Shown: piece after piece, positions 16,278 through 25,489 of the stretch
How positions within the stretch are numbered: the first letter of the stretch is position 1
Layout of the letters: each line of letters opens with the position of its first letter
Virus record (IMG/VR): IMGVR_UViG_3300016484_000737
Span: 1-34,682 of that record
Length of the DNA stretch: 34,682 nucleotides
Reading direction: 5' to 3' (one strand)
From: a virus
Taxonomy: Duplodnaviria > Caudoviricetes
Translations under genes and position numbers: made by a program
The notes under the pieces: generated by a model
The model's input: the letters and a program-made list of their open reading frames with translations, nothing else
What the model was told of the DNA's origin: nothing
Database searches by the model: none

Positions 16278-17207
16278 ATGGCTGATTTCGCAACTAACAT
16301 GTCTGGTACCGCTGAGCTTGATGACAGCGAAGTCCTGGCATTCGACCAAGGCGTCCTGATTGGCGTCGGTCAAAACAACGTGATGGACCAGTTTGTCACG
16401 TATGCAGAAGATATCGGTGCCAAGAGCATCGCTATCACCAAGTATCCGCGCATTGCCGCTGATGAATCCACTCTCCTGGAACGTGAAGCAATGCAAGCTT
16501 CGGCAATGTCCGACGCTGAAGTGCTGTTCACCCCAGCTGAAATCGGCTTCCACGTCACTCTGACGAATCTTGCTATGGCTCAGTCCGGCGGCAAGGTCCT
16601 TCGCGGTGCTGTTGAAGTTGTGGGTCGTCATGCTGGTGAAAAGCTGGACCGCCTGGCTATCGCAGCTCTCAATGCTTCTACCAACGTGATCTTCAATGGC
16701 ACGGCTGGTACTGAAGCTGGTGTTGCTGTTGGCGACGTCTGCAATGGCGCGTTCCTCAACAAGATGTACAACAAGCTGGATCGCAACAGCGTTCCTAAGC
16801 TGGCTGGTGGCTACTACGTCGCTGTCCTGCACGCTGACCAGATCAGCGACATCCAACAGGATGCTGCATGGATTGATGTTGCCAAGTACGCTGGTGCAAT
16901 GGCTGTCCTGGCCAACGAAGTTGGTATCTTCAAGGGCTTCCGTGTTGTGCGCGACAACTTCGTCAAGGTCGCTGACCAAACTGGCGCAGGTACTGTGGAT
17001 GTCTACCGCGGCCTGTTCTTCGGTGCCAATGCCCTGGGCAAGGTATCCAGCCAGCCTCTGACCACCTTCGTCCAGCCAGCCAATGACCCAGGTCAACGCT
17101 TCTGGTACGCAGGCTACAAGGCTATGGTCAAGTACGGCATCGTTGATGCTGATGCTGTGTTCATCGGTGGCACTTCGTCATCCTTCAGCACGACCAACGC
17201 TAGCTAA
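16278..17207 (+). CDS. Major capsid protein (HK97 fold, N4-gp56-like)
   Basis: 309 aa with strong RBS TAAGGAG. YYVAVLH..Q..DI..D..W...KY, NEVGIFKGFRVV and LFFGANALG motifs. Confidence 0.9.
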   Translation: MADFATNMSGTAELDDSEVLAFDQGVLIGVGQNNVMDQFVTYAEDIGAKSIAITKYPRIAADESTLLEREAMQASAMSDAEVLFTPAEIGFHVTLTNLAMAQSGGKVLRGAVEVVGRHAGEKLDRLAIAALNASTNVIFNGTAGTEAGVAVGDVCNGAFLNKMYNKLDRNSVPKLAGGYYVAVLHADQISDIQQDAAWIDVAKYAGAMAVLANEVGIFKGFRVVRDNFVKVADQTGAGTVDVYRGLFFGANALGKVSSQPLTTFVQPANDPGQRFWYAGYKAMVKYGIVDADAVFIGGTSSSFSTTNAS

Positions 17208-17213
17208 TGAGTA

Positions 17214-17280
17214 GAGCGTCGGGAGACGCTCCTCTAGCATCCTAGGGGCAAGATCGCAAGGTCTTGCCCCTTCTTTGTTT
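17214..17280 (+). terminator. GNRA hairpin plus intrinsic terminator after the capsid gene
   Basis: GAGCGTC-GGGA-GACGCTC (17214-17231), then AGGGGCAAGATC-GCAA-GGTCTTGCCCCT (17244-17271) followed by TCTTTGTTT. Confidence 0.85.
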
Positions 17281-17293
17281 GTATCGCCCAATT

Positions 17294-17304
17294 ACGATAA
17301 ATAG
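17294..17304 (+). promoter_or_regulatory. Putative late promoter (ACGATAAATAG) re-initiating after the terminator
   Basis: The motif lies just after the terminator and overlaps the RBS AGGAG. Confidence 0.75.
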
Positions 17305-17313
17305 GAGTACACG

Positions 17314-17511
17314 ATGAGGAAGAAGTCTGAGCAAAAGGCTCAAGCCCTTCCAGTGGTCGAGGTTCAAGAGGTGCAACGCCGATTGTTCATCGTCACTGAC
17401 CGGATACAAGGTTTCGTTGGAAAGAGGCACATTAGCCACGTTCGTGGAGACAAAGTGTACCTCTCTGACGACGAGGCAAACGTATTCAAAGACAGCATCT
17501 TGGAGATCTGA
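17314..17511 (+). CDS. Small head-associated hypothetical protein
   Basis: 65 aa with RBS AGGAG, in the typical post-capsid position. Confidence 0.6.
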   Translation: MRKKSEQKAQALPVVEVQEVQRRLFIVTDRIQGFVGKRHISHVRGDKVYLSDDEANVFKDSILEI

Positions 17512-17512
17512 C

Positions 17513-18058
17513 ATGGCATTTGAACTTGACGCGGACCCAACTTCCGCAACAATGAACAGCTACGCAACTATTGCTGAAGCTGATGATTACTTCGCAGGAC
17601 GTTTTGACCCTCTTGACGACGAAGATGATGGCAACACCAAGTGGGCCGGATTCTCAGATTCCAAGAAGGCTGCTCTCCTCGTCACTGCATCACGCGAGCT
17701 TGACACCTTCAACTATGGTGGTCTTCAAGTTGCGCCTGACCAACCAATGCAATGGCCTCGCACCAACATCTATGGTCGCGACTCCAGCTACATCTACCCT
17801 TCTGACGAACTTCCAGCTCTCTTGAAGCAAGCCTGCTTTGAGCTCGCTTATTGGAAGTGGACTGAGTCAGATCGCGCTTTCAGCGACACAGACATTGAAC
17901 AGCTTGAGAGCTACAAGGCAGGCCCAGTCGACTACAAGGCAAAGGCTGGCGCAAAGAACTTCCCGCGCATTGTGCTTGACCTGATCAACAGCATTGGTCC
18001 TGGCACACTGATTTCTACTGGCAGCGCATCTGCTTCAGCCAAGAGGATTCAGCTGTGA
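17513..18058 (+). CDS. Head-tail adaptor (DnaT-like family)
   Basis: 181 aa from ATG 17513. NSYATIAEADDYF, KAALLVTASRELD, QPMQWPR and LKQACFELA motifs. Confidence 0.8.
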   Translation: MAFELDADPTSATMNSYATIAEADDYFAGRFDPLDDEDDGNTKWAGFSDSKKAALLVTASRELDTFNYGGLQVAPDQPMQWPRTNIYGRDSSYIYPSDELPALLKQACFELAYWKWTESDRAFSDTDIEQLESYKAGPVDYKAKAGAKNFPRIVLDLINSIGPGTLISTGSASASAKRIQL

Positions 18059-18621
18059 GCATCAACATCGACCTCTACGAAGATTCTGGTGCTGTGACAT
18101 CAGGCCGTGGGGCGACTCAGGCAATCATCACTGACTGGAATCTGAAGTACTCAGCACTTTCTTCTACTGTGTACTACCCAACTGCGGTCTTGGCAAGTGC
18201 CCCACTTGTTCGCCCAACAAATCCTGGTGAAGAGTTCCTCAGCTACAAGAAGTACCTTAGCTTCAAAGTTGATGGGACTTACACCAGGGTCAAAAATCTC
18301 CGAATCAAAGTCACTGGAACTGGATCGCAAGCAAGCACACCACGCCTTTTCTACAAGTTCACGAACACCTACGCTGTTCCTGATGCTGCATATGACGGCG
18401 ACATGATGTTGCTGTCAAGCGATGGGACTGTTCATTCGCCGGTCTTGTACCCATACTTTAGCACCACAGGCCCACAGAACGCAACTTCACGCTCTGTAGT
18501 CTATGGCCCTAACCAAACCCTGTACACCAACTGGATTGTCGTTCAAATGCGCATTCCTTATGGCTGCACAGCAGGCAACTCAGCCGAGTTCAAGCTCGAG
18601 TTGGTTTGCGACGAATACTGA
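18055..18621 (+). CDS. Putative virion structural protein
   Basis: 188 aa, GTGA overlap, beta-rich with T/Y/S bias. Confidence 0.6.
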   Translation: MSINIDLYEDSGAVTSGRGATQAIITDWNLKYSALSSTVYYPTAVLASAPLVRPTNPGEEFLSYKKYLSFKVDGTYTRVKNLRIKVTGTGSQASTPRLFYKFTNTYAVPDAAYDGDMMLLSSDGTVHSPVLYPYFSTTGPQNATSRSVVYGPNQTLYTNWIVVQMRIPYGCTAGNSAEFKLELVCDEY

Positions 18622-18629
18622 GGTGAATC

Positions 18630-18986
18630 ATGGCAGCAGGAAAGTTCAACGACATCATCGAAAAGAAGGCTGACTACACCCGTCAGATTCAACTCTTTGC
18701 CACCTACATCGCTAAGGACGATGTTGGCAATGTGCCTATCAATCTGACAGCAGCTACTATCACGGCAAAGCTTCGCAAGAAGCTCACTGATCCATCTCCG
18801 CTTATCAGCTTCACCACTTCAATTGTGGATGCTGCAAATGGTCTGTTGGAAATCAGTCTCACCTCAGCACAGACGAGTTCTTTGAACTTTGATGTTGCTG
18901 CATGGGACTTGTTTGTGACTTTCCCATCAGGAAAGGTGGAGAAGTTCCTTGAAGGCAATATGGTCCTTCAGAAGGCAGCATCATGA
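18630..18986 (+). CDS. Ig-like beta-sandwich fibre-base protein (BppU N-terminal-like)
   Basis: 118 aa. PINLT..TITAKLRK...DAANGLLEISLTSAQTSSL...WDL....G.V...LEG. Confidence 0.65.
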   Translation: MAAGKFNDIIEKKADYTRQIQLFATYIAKDDVGNVPINLTAATITAKLRKKLTDPSPLISFTTSIVDAANGLLEISLTSAQTSSLNFDVAAWDLFVTFPSGKVEKFLEGNMVLQKAAS

Positions 18987-19246
18987 CAACTGTAGTCCCA
19001 ATTGAGCAACGCAACACAGTAGTCGTAGAAGACATTGAGCACGTTGTCGTCGTTGAGGACACAGAGAAAGTCGTGGTCGTCACAAACTCTGTTATCAACG
19101 TGGGCACACCACAAGATCTGAGCAACTACTACACCAAGAGCGAAACGGATGGACTCTTGGCTGGAAAGGCAAACTCCGTCCACAACCACGTGGTGAGTGA
19201 CATCACCGATTTCACAAGCACGCTCATCAACGGCGGCTCATTCTAA
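18983..19246 (+). CDS. Short fibre connector protein
   Basis: 87 aa with V-rich N-terminus and DLSNYYTKSETDGLLAGKA..HNH..SDITD. Ends INGGSF. Confidence 0.65.
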   Translation: MTTVVPIEQRNTVVVEDIEHVVVVEDTEKVVVVTNSVINVGTPQDLSNYYTKSETDGLLAGKANSVHNHVVSDITDFTSTLINGGSF

Positions 19247-19255
19247 GGAAGAAAC

Positions 19256-20137
19256 ATGGCAAACGTAATCAAGACCAAGTTCTCCGCTGTGACCAGCACT
19301 CCAACGTCGCTGGCTGTGGGCGAACTCGCATATTCAGATGTCTCTGACACCCTCTTCATTGGTGACAACACTGGCACCCCAGTCGCAATTGGCGGTGCTG
19401 CTGCTTTCACCAAGCTCGCTGGCATTGAGGCAGGAGCTGAAGTCAATGATGTGAACTCTGTTGCTGGCAAGACTGGTACAGTCACGCTGGTGATGGCCGA
19501 CATCACTGACTATTCGACTGTTCTGGCTGCCTACCTGCCGCTCTCTGGTGGCACGCTCTCTGGCTTCCTGACGCTGCATGCTGATCCAACCTCTGGTATG
19601 CACGCTGCAACCAAGCAGTATGTGGACAACTACGCGCTTGGTCTGGACTTCAAACAGTCTGTTCGCGTGGCTTCTACTGCCAACGTGGACATCAGCACTG
19701 CACTTGAGAATGGCGATTCTCTCGATGGTGTGACTCTGGCAACTGGCGATCGTGTTCTGCTCAAGAACCAATCGACTGCTTCACAAAACGGCATCTATGT
19801 GGTTGCTGCTTCTGGTGCTGCTTCACGCGCAACTGATGCTGACACTTCGGCAGAGCTCACCAAGGGTGCTTTCGTCTATGTTGAGTCTGGCACCGCAAAT
19901 GCTGGCTCTGCATATGTCGTGTCCTCTGCAAACGTTCTTGGTACTGACCCAGTGACTTGGACTCAGTTTGGTGGTGGTGCAACTTACTCTGCTGGTACTG
20001 GCTTGACGCTGACCGGCAATGTGTTTGCACTTGACAACCACTCTGCTGCCCTGATCACTTCTGGCACCCTTGACGTGGCCCGTCTGCCTTCTACGGTCCT
20101 GCTTGACACAGAGACCATTGACGGCGGCTCTTTCTAA
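19256..20137 (+). CDS. Fibre protein (head/collar fibre-like)
   Basis: 293 aa. N-terminal PTSLAVGELAY..LFIG module, ADPTSGMHAATKQYVD, and KQSVRVAST...DGVTLATGDRVLLKNQ...QNGIYVV. Ends IDGGSF. Confidence 0.75.
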   Translation: MANVIKTKFSAVTSTPTSLAVGELAYSDVSDTLFIGDNTGTPVAIGGAAAFTKLAGIEAGAEVNDVNSVAGKTGTVTLVMADITDYSTVLAAYLPLSGGTLSGFLTLHADPTSGMHAATKQYVDNYALGLDFKQSVRVASTANVDISTALENGDSLDGVTLATGDRVLLKNQSTASQNGIYVVAASGAASRATDADTSAELTKGAFVYVESGTANAGSAYVVSSANVLGTDPVTWTQFGGGATYSAGTGLTLTGNVFALDNHSAALITSGTLDVARLPSTVLLDTETIDGGSF

Positions 20138-20146
20138 GGATTGAGC

Positions 20147-20620
20147 ATGGCCAACACTATCGTCCACAAGCGCAGTTCAACAGGTGGTGCTGTACCAGCT
20201 GGTGGCTCGCTGACACCAGGCGAGTTGGCCGTCAACACTGCAAATGGTCGAGTCTTCACAAAGCGTGATGATGGCACCGTTGTTGATGTTGGTTGGACAC
20301 CTCGCATTGGGTCTACCACTGCAACATCCTCCTCTGCTTCTATTAGCTGGGATTTGTACGACATCATTCGTCTGACACTCCAAGCTAACGTAACCACTTT
20401 TTCAATCTCTGGTGCTGCTGATGGGCAGCGCTGCATGTTGGAAGTGATTCAAGACAGCACTGGAGGCCGAACAATCAATTGGCCAAGCAACATTCGATTT
20501 GGCACTGACATCACAAGCATCACGCTCACCTCAACTGCAAACAAGAAGGACCGTATTGGTCTAATCTACGATTCAGCTGCTGGTAAATATGACGTGGTTG
20601 CAATCGTAAAGGGATTCTGA
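20147..20620 (+). CDS. Fibre subunit with Mtd-N-like N-terminus
   Basis: 157 aa. KRSSTGGAVP...LTPGELAVNTANGRVF. C-terminal IQDSTGGRTI.W domain is paralogous to that of 4284-5285. Confidence 0.7.
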   Translation: MANTIVHKRSSTGGAVPAGGSLTPGELAVNTANGRVFTKRDDGTVVDVGWTPRIGSTTATSSSASISWDLYDIIRLTLQANVTTFSISGAADGQRCMLEVIQDSTGGRTINWPSNIRFGTDITSITLTSTANKKDRIGLIYDSAAGKYDVVAIVKGF

Positions 20621-20621
20621 A

Positions 20622-22871
20622 ATGGCTATCTACTACATCGACCTTGTCAATGGTAACGACTCCAATGCTGGTACCTCTTGGGGTGCAGCATGGAAGACGT
20701 TCACTTCTGGCGCAACTGCTGCACGCCTCACGCCAGGTGATGAGATTCGTGTTGCTGAAACCACTGCACCAAGCTCTGTTGGAACTGCAACTTGGACTTC
20801 GGGCAAGATTGGCAACTCGATCACTTTCTCTTCGGCTCCAACGAAGTCCATCGACCCATGCAAGAGCGGTTGGGTGACTATGGGTTCTGGCTCGACTGTG
20901 ACAAACGGTCAGACCACTGCCTACATGACGCCAACCACTTTTGGCGGCACCACAATGGGTGCACTGCAATGGACCACGTCTGCTTCTGCCAACGGCGCCT
21001 ACAAGGTCCTTGGAAGCACGATTGACTACTCTGCTCACCAACAGATCAGCTTCTGGTTCCGAACTGGCACGGCATTTGATTGCTCGAGCACCCAAAACCT
21101 GCTCATCGATCTGTGCTCTGATGCTGGCGCAACCACTGTGGTGTCTGCTCTGACTGCCCCAAAGTGGTCCTACGCTGCCAACATGTGGTACCCAATCGTC
21201 ATTGACCTGGGCTCTGCACTGTCAAGCACTGTGCGTTCTGTTCGCATTCGTACTACCAACACCACAACTCAGACTTTCTACATCGATGAGATGTTTGCAT
21301 CTCCAGCAGGTGGCCTGACTCTGTGGTCGCTGATTGGTTTGAATGATGGCGACTGGCACGCAATCCGTAGCATTCGTGATGCTGATGTTCAACTGCTCGC
21401 CGGTGCTAACCTTGCAACTGCAACTGGCGGCACTCTGTACAGCACGGCAATTGATGCTGCGTGGATGGGAACAACAACTACTGCCACCACATACAAGCTT
21501 GAGCCATCTCGTGCTCTGCTGCCATCTACTGGCCCAGCAGCTACTTTTGGTGTGAACGCCACAGAGGCTGGCACTACTACCGCACCATATGTCTATCGTG
21601 GTGGTTGGAACACTGGGACTGGCCTTCAAACTGGTGTGACGTTCCTTGACAACGTGACTCATACCACCTCTTCTGTTGGCTTGAACACGGTTTCTACACC
21701 ATACGTTTTCTTCGAGAACTTTGGCCTTGTCCGTTTTGCTTCTTCAAATAGCAACCAAGCAAACCTTTTCACGAAGGACATTTCTGTTGTGGCATCAGTT
21801 GGTGTCAACGGCAACTCTGCCTCGAATATCACGTTTGCAACTTCAATTGCAAACCTTGGATACACGACACTTGGCTGGAAGAGCTTCTCTGGTGTGTACA
21901 ACCCACCTTCGTATTACATTGGTGGCTTCCATCAACCATTCAACTATGTGATTGGCAATTCTTGGGGCATCGTTTCAAACGCCAACGGTATCACGCTGAA
22001 CAGCATTGACCGCTGCAATATCACGATTGGTAATGTCTATGCGGCTCTCTGCAACAACACTGTTCTGAACCTCGGCACTAACCAGTCAAACGTGACAATT
22101 GGTGACTTCAAGACGTGCCCAACGGCTCAGACGTCTTCAACTGGCGTTCAGTTGACGTTTGGTTCTGGTGTGAACAGCAACTTCCGTTTTGGTACTGTTG
22201 ATTACGCGGCATATGCTACGTCTTCAGCTATTGGTTCAAACAACGTAGTCACATTCAACAGCCTTGCAACATCATCCACCGGTGTTGTATTTGGTTCTTG
22301 GGGTGCCCAGAACACCATCTACATCAAGGTGTTGAACTCAGCTTCTCTAGTTGTTGGTACCGCACAGCAACACAACAACAAGCTGTACTTCCACAACCTC
22401 AATGGCGTGACTGACTACTTCCGTGCCTACCCAATTGATGGAAACACCAACCCTGGGTACTTTGAACTGCAAGGCACTGATGTGTACACCGCTGGATCAA
22501 AGGCTGTTCGCTTCTACAACTCGTCTGGCTACACTCAAGGCACCTCGCCTGGTTGGGGTGTGACGTACGACCTGAAGTTGGCAAGTGCCGCGGCAGAAGC
22601 AAACAAGCTTGTGACTATCACTGCTCGTGTCAAGCGCAACAGCACCAACGTGACTGCAGGCATCTATGTTCCAGGCTTCAATCATCTGGTTCCTGGCTAC
22701 ACTGCTGACATCACGCAGGCTTGCTCTAGCACTGGCACATATGAGCTGCTGACGATCACCTTTACACCAACAGACAGCTGTGTCTTTGATGTGTATGCCT
22801 ATTTCAAGGCAACTGGAACTGTGTCGCCTGACATCGTCTGGGATGCTCTGACAATCTCGCAGGCAGCATAA
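20622..22871 (+). CDS. Large adhesin/spike protein, probable beta-helix and carbohydrate-binding domains
   Basis: 749 aa. YYIDLVNGNDSNAGTSWGAAWKT is typical of pectin-lyase-like N-termini. N/S/T-rich central region. Confidence 0.65.
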   Translation: MAIYYIDLVNGNDSNAGTSWGAAWKTFTSGATAARLTPGDEIRVAETTAPSSVGTATWTSGKIGNSITFSSAPTKSIDPCKSGWVTMGSGSTVTNGQTTAYMTPTTFGGTTMGALQWTTSASANGAYKVLGSTIDYSAHQQISFWFRTGTAFDCSSTQNLLIDLCSDAGATTVVSALTAPKWSYAANMWYPIVIDLGSALSSTVRSVRIRTTNTTTQTFYIDEMFASPAGGLTLWSLIGLNDGDWHAIRSIRDADVQLLAGANLATATGGTLYSTAIDAAWMGTTTTATTYKLEPSRALLPSTGPAATFGVNATEAGTTTAPYVYRGGWNTGTGLQTGVTFLDNVTHTTSSVGLNTVSTPYVFFENFGLVRFASSNSNQANLFTKDISVVASVGVNGNSASNITFATSIANLGYTTLGWKSFSGVYNPPSYYIGGFHQPFNYVIGNSWGIVSNANGITLNSIDRCNITIGNVYAALCNNTVLNLGTNQSNVTIGDFKTCPTAQTSSTGVQLTFGSGVNSNFRFGTVDYAAYATSSAIGSNNVVTFNSLATSSTGVVFGSWGAQNTIYIKVLNSASLVVGTAQQHNNKLYFHNLNGVTDYFRAYPIDGNTNPGYFELQGTDVYTAGSKAVRFYNSSGYTQGTSPGWGVTYDLKLASAAAEANKLVTITARVKRNSTNVTAGIYVPGFNHLVPGYTADITQACSSTGTYELLTITFTPTDSCVFDVYAYFKATGTVSPDIVWDALTISQAA

Positions 22872-23356
22872 TGACGATCGCAAGCAAGACTGTTCTTGTC
22901 AACTTCCGCAAAGTCCGTGGTGGCATGGTCTTTGCGGATGTTTGCGCAAAGAGCACGATTGACACGACTGGCATCAGCAGCTTTGTGCACCTTGGTAATA
23001 CTTTCTTTGGTGTTGGAAATACGACAACAGAAACGTATACGTCAACTACAAAGAAAGTTCGACTTGGATTGTCATACACTGAAGTGACAACCAAGTCAAC
23101 AGTCGATTCAAGTTATGGGCAGGGTAGGACACGTCTTGCTCAGCCTTACGTGGTGAAGTTTGCTGGTACATCGTCTTATCCAACGATGGAGGCATACAAG
23201 GTACGACTTGGCAATTCGTTCAATGACATCACTGCGAAGTCAACGATCAATGCAAGTGAGTTTGACGTAGTTCGTCTAGGTGCTCCTTTCTGGGTGCGTT
23301 ACACTGGATCTACCCCACCACCATTCAACGCATCTCAATTCTTCGCAATGTTCTAA
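22871..23356 (+). CDS. Protein with three internal repeats of about 50 aa
   Basis: 161 aa. KVRGGMVFADVCAKSTID / KVRLGLSYTEVTTKSTVD / KVRLGNSFNDITAKSTIN. Confidence 0.7.
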   Translation: MTIASKTVLVNFRKVRGGMVFADVCAKSTIDTTGISSFVHLGNTFFGVGNTTTETYTSTTKKVRLGLSYTEVTTKSTVDSSYGQGRTRLAQPYVVKFAGTSSYPTMEAYKVRLGNSFNDITAKSTINASEFDVVRLGAPFWVRYTGSTPPPFNASQFFAMF

Positions 23357-23364
23357 GGAAAAAT

Positions 23365-23766
23365 ATGTCAGATGAAGCAAACAAGCTCAAAGCAGTGGGG
23401 GATTTTATCGGCGGGCTTACTCCTCGTAGCCTTCTTCTTGGGGTTCTCGCTGGGTTCTTTGGTATCGGTCTGTGGACCCTGTTTGACAACAGGGCTGCAG
23501 TGTTTACATACATTGTGGGGTCGCCTTACCTTTTGGTTGGCATTGGCGTTGGTCTTGTTCTCATTGCCTTCGGATGGGTGGTGAGCATTCTGCTTCGTAG
23601 AGTTGAAGAATTCATGCAGAAGCAGATTGACAAGCTAACTGATGATTCTTCTGCTCTCAAGCAAGAACTAGTAGATGTCAGAGCGCAGCTTCACGAGTGT
23701 CAGGAGGAATGTCGAGCAGGAACCCAGCACAAGCTCGACAGGATTTTGGAGAAGCTAAATGCCTAA
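23365..23766 (+). CDS. Holin-like membrane protein (2 TM plus coiled coil)
   Basis: 133 aa with two hydrophobic segments. First gene of the lysis cluster. Confidence 0.55.
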   Translation: MSDEANKLKAVGDFIGGLTPRSLLLGVLAGFFGIGLWTLFDNRAAVFTYIVGSPYLLVGIGVGLVLIAFGWVVSILLRRVEEFMQKQIDKLTDDSSALKQELVDVRAQLHECQEECRAGTQHKLDRILEKLNA

Positions 23767-24247
23767 TAGTACCCACCGCGTAGTGAAACAACTTCACAAC
23801 CTCATCAACTCAGTGATCTGGGTTGGTGGTGGGATCCTAACACTTGTGATGATTTTCACGCTTGGACCTATTCTAGAAGGGAAGTACTTCCCTGTGACTA
23901 AGGACATTCAAGCAACATTCATCAAGAACGACGGCGACAAGATGCTTTTCAGTGTCTATGGGAACAAGGTCCGTGATTGTGTTCTACTTGATGCACGAGT
24001 CCTAGTTGACATCAATAAACACGACAACAAACCTCCAGTGAAGGGCATCATCTGGCCTATTGACGATGGTCAGGGTCCATCTCGTCGAGCCCTGGGTTTC
24101 CAGGACCTTGGCATTTGGGCAGTAGTTCCAATCGGAGACACAGCAACAATTTCAGCAGCGTATTCTTGTCACCCACTTTGGGACACGCGCGTGAACTTGG
24201 GCACCCTGTTTATCGCGAAAGACAACCATGTTGAAAAAGATAAGTGA
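23759..24247 (+). CDS. Single-pass membrane protein with soluble domain
   Basis: 162 aa. TM segment VIWVGGGILTLVMIFTLG, and two Cys in the C-terminal domain. Confidence 0.6.
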   Translation: MPNSTHRVVKQLHNLINSVIWVGGGILTLVMIFTLGPILEGKYFPVTKDIQATFIKNDGDKMLFSVYGNKVRDCVLLDARVLVDINKHDNKPPVKGIIWPIDDGQGPSRRALGFQDLGIWAVVPIGDTATISAAYSCHPLWDTRVNLGTLFIAKDNHVEKDK

Positions 24248-24503
24248 AGGTTGGAGCTCAATGCTCCGAGATGGTGGACCTAGTTCAAACCGGTTCATCA
24301 ACATTGGTGTGTTCATCGTTCTCAGCATCTCGATGCTGAAGCTAACCTGGATCACTGGGTCAGAAGTTGACATGTGGTACTGGGCGTGCTTTACAACGCT
24401 GGCTGTTTATGGAATGGGCACTGCTTCGTTCAACAAGTGGCTCGACATTCTGAAGGCCAAGGTTGGAGGTCGAAATGAGCAAGACACGCCGTCAGGTAAA
24501 TGA
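24228..24503 (+). CDS. Holin-like membrane protein (2 TM)
   Basis: 91 aa. GGPSSNRF followed by two TM segments and a basic C-terminus. Confidence 0.6.
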   Translation: MLKKISEGWSSMLRDGGPSSNRFINIGVFIVLSISMLKLTWITGSEVDMWYWACFTTLAVYGMGTASFNKWLDILKAKVGGRNEQDTPSGK

Positions 24504-24693
24504 GGAGCTGCGCCGTTGCAAGAATGGCGCACACCGAGAACACTTCACACGGTCAAAGGGCGCATTTGTCCAAGATGATTGGCGCGTAGAGCGAGACCTT
24601 GAAATTGAAGAGCATGAATGGGGAAATCACCTTGACCTGCTCGAAAGCTACCAGCACTGGGACGAATACATTCAAAAGGGGATGCTGTCGTGA
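24475..24693 (+). CDS. Hypothetical protein
   Basis: 72 aa from ATG 24475 with RBS GGAGGT. Basic N-half and acidic C-half. Confidence 0.55.
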   Translation: MSKTRRQVNEELRRCKNGAHREHFTRSKGAFVQDDWRVERDLEIEEHEWGNHLDLLESYQHWDEYIQKGMLS

Positions 24694-25253
24694 CACCATT
24701 TGAACAGGCAATGAACTTCACAATGAAGTACGAAGTGGGTCCCTGGTGGAATCCTGATGACCCTGAAGTGATTGCTGGGCTCTGTTCTACCAAGGACCAG
24801 AAGCGAAAGACAGGATACGTGAATGACCCATTGGACAGGGGTGGCGAAACTAAATACGGTATCGCAAAGAACTCTAACGCCAATGTGGATATCGTGAAGC
24901 TGAATCTTGACGAAGCAAAGAAGATCTACGAAGCCAAGTACTGGCAAGTAGGCAAGTGCAACGAGCTGCCTGGGAAGGTCGCCGTTGCACACTTCGATGC
25001 TTGCGTCAATCATGGCCCAAAGAAAGCAATCCAGTTCCTGCAACGAGCACTTGGTGTTTCAGATGATGGTGACTTTGGACCAGCCACGAAAACAGCACTT
25101 GGCGCAGCACTTGCGCGTGAGAACGTCCTAAACAAAATGATTGCTGAGCGCCGTAGGTTCTTCTCTGCCGTCGTTCAGAACAACCCATCACAACAACGGT
25201 TCCTCACTGGGTGGATGAATCGCTGTGACGACCTTCAAAGGAGTCTAGCTTGA
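24690..25253 (+). CDS. Endolysin, glycoside hydrolase family 108 with C-terminal peptidoglycan-binding domain
   Basis: 187 aa. GYVNDPLDRGGETKYGI, FDACVNHG, LQRALGVSDDGDFGPAT and FLTGWMNR motifs. Confidence 0.92.
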   Translation: MTPFEQAMNFTMKYEVGPWWNPDDPEVIAGLCSTKDQKRKTGYVNDPLDRGGETKYGIAKNSNANVDIVKLNLDEAKKIYEAKYWQVGKCNELPGKVAVAHFDACVNHGPKKAIQFLQRALGVSDDGDFGPATKTALGAALARENVLNKMIAERRRFFSAVVQNNPSQQRFLTGWMNRCDDLQRSLA

Positions 25254-25489
25254 TCATTATCTACTCTAAACCAAATTGCCCAAACTGCGACATTGCCAAG
25301 ATGCAGGCCATGTTGCGAGGTGTCCCATTTGAAGAGCACTGCCTTGACACGCAGGAAAAGATCGCATCCTTTCTTGAACTCTACCCTGGTGTTCGAGCAG
25401 TGCCCTTCGTTACTACGAAGGATGGTCAACGAATTGGTGGCCTATCCTCGTTCAAAAGCTTCTTGCACAACTTGAAAGACACATCATGA
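25250..25489 (+). CDS. Glutaredoxin
   Basis: 79 aa. IIYSKPNCPNC, RAVP and IGG motifs. TTG start overlaps the endolysin stop. Confidence 0.88.
   Translation: MIIIYSKPNCPNCDIAKMQAMLRGVPFEEHCLDTQEKIASFLELYPGVRAVPFVTTKDGQRIGGLSSFKSFLHNLKDTS

Noticed and set aside
19256-22871. Diversity-generating retroelement suggested by Mtd-like N-termini
   Set aside because: No reverse transcriptase motif and no template/variable repeat pair with adenine-specific mismatches was seen.
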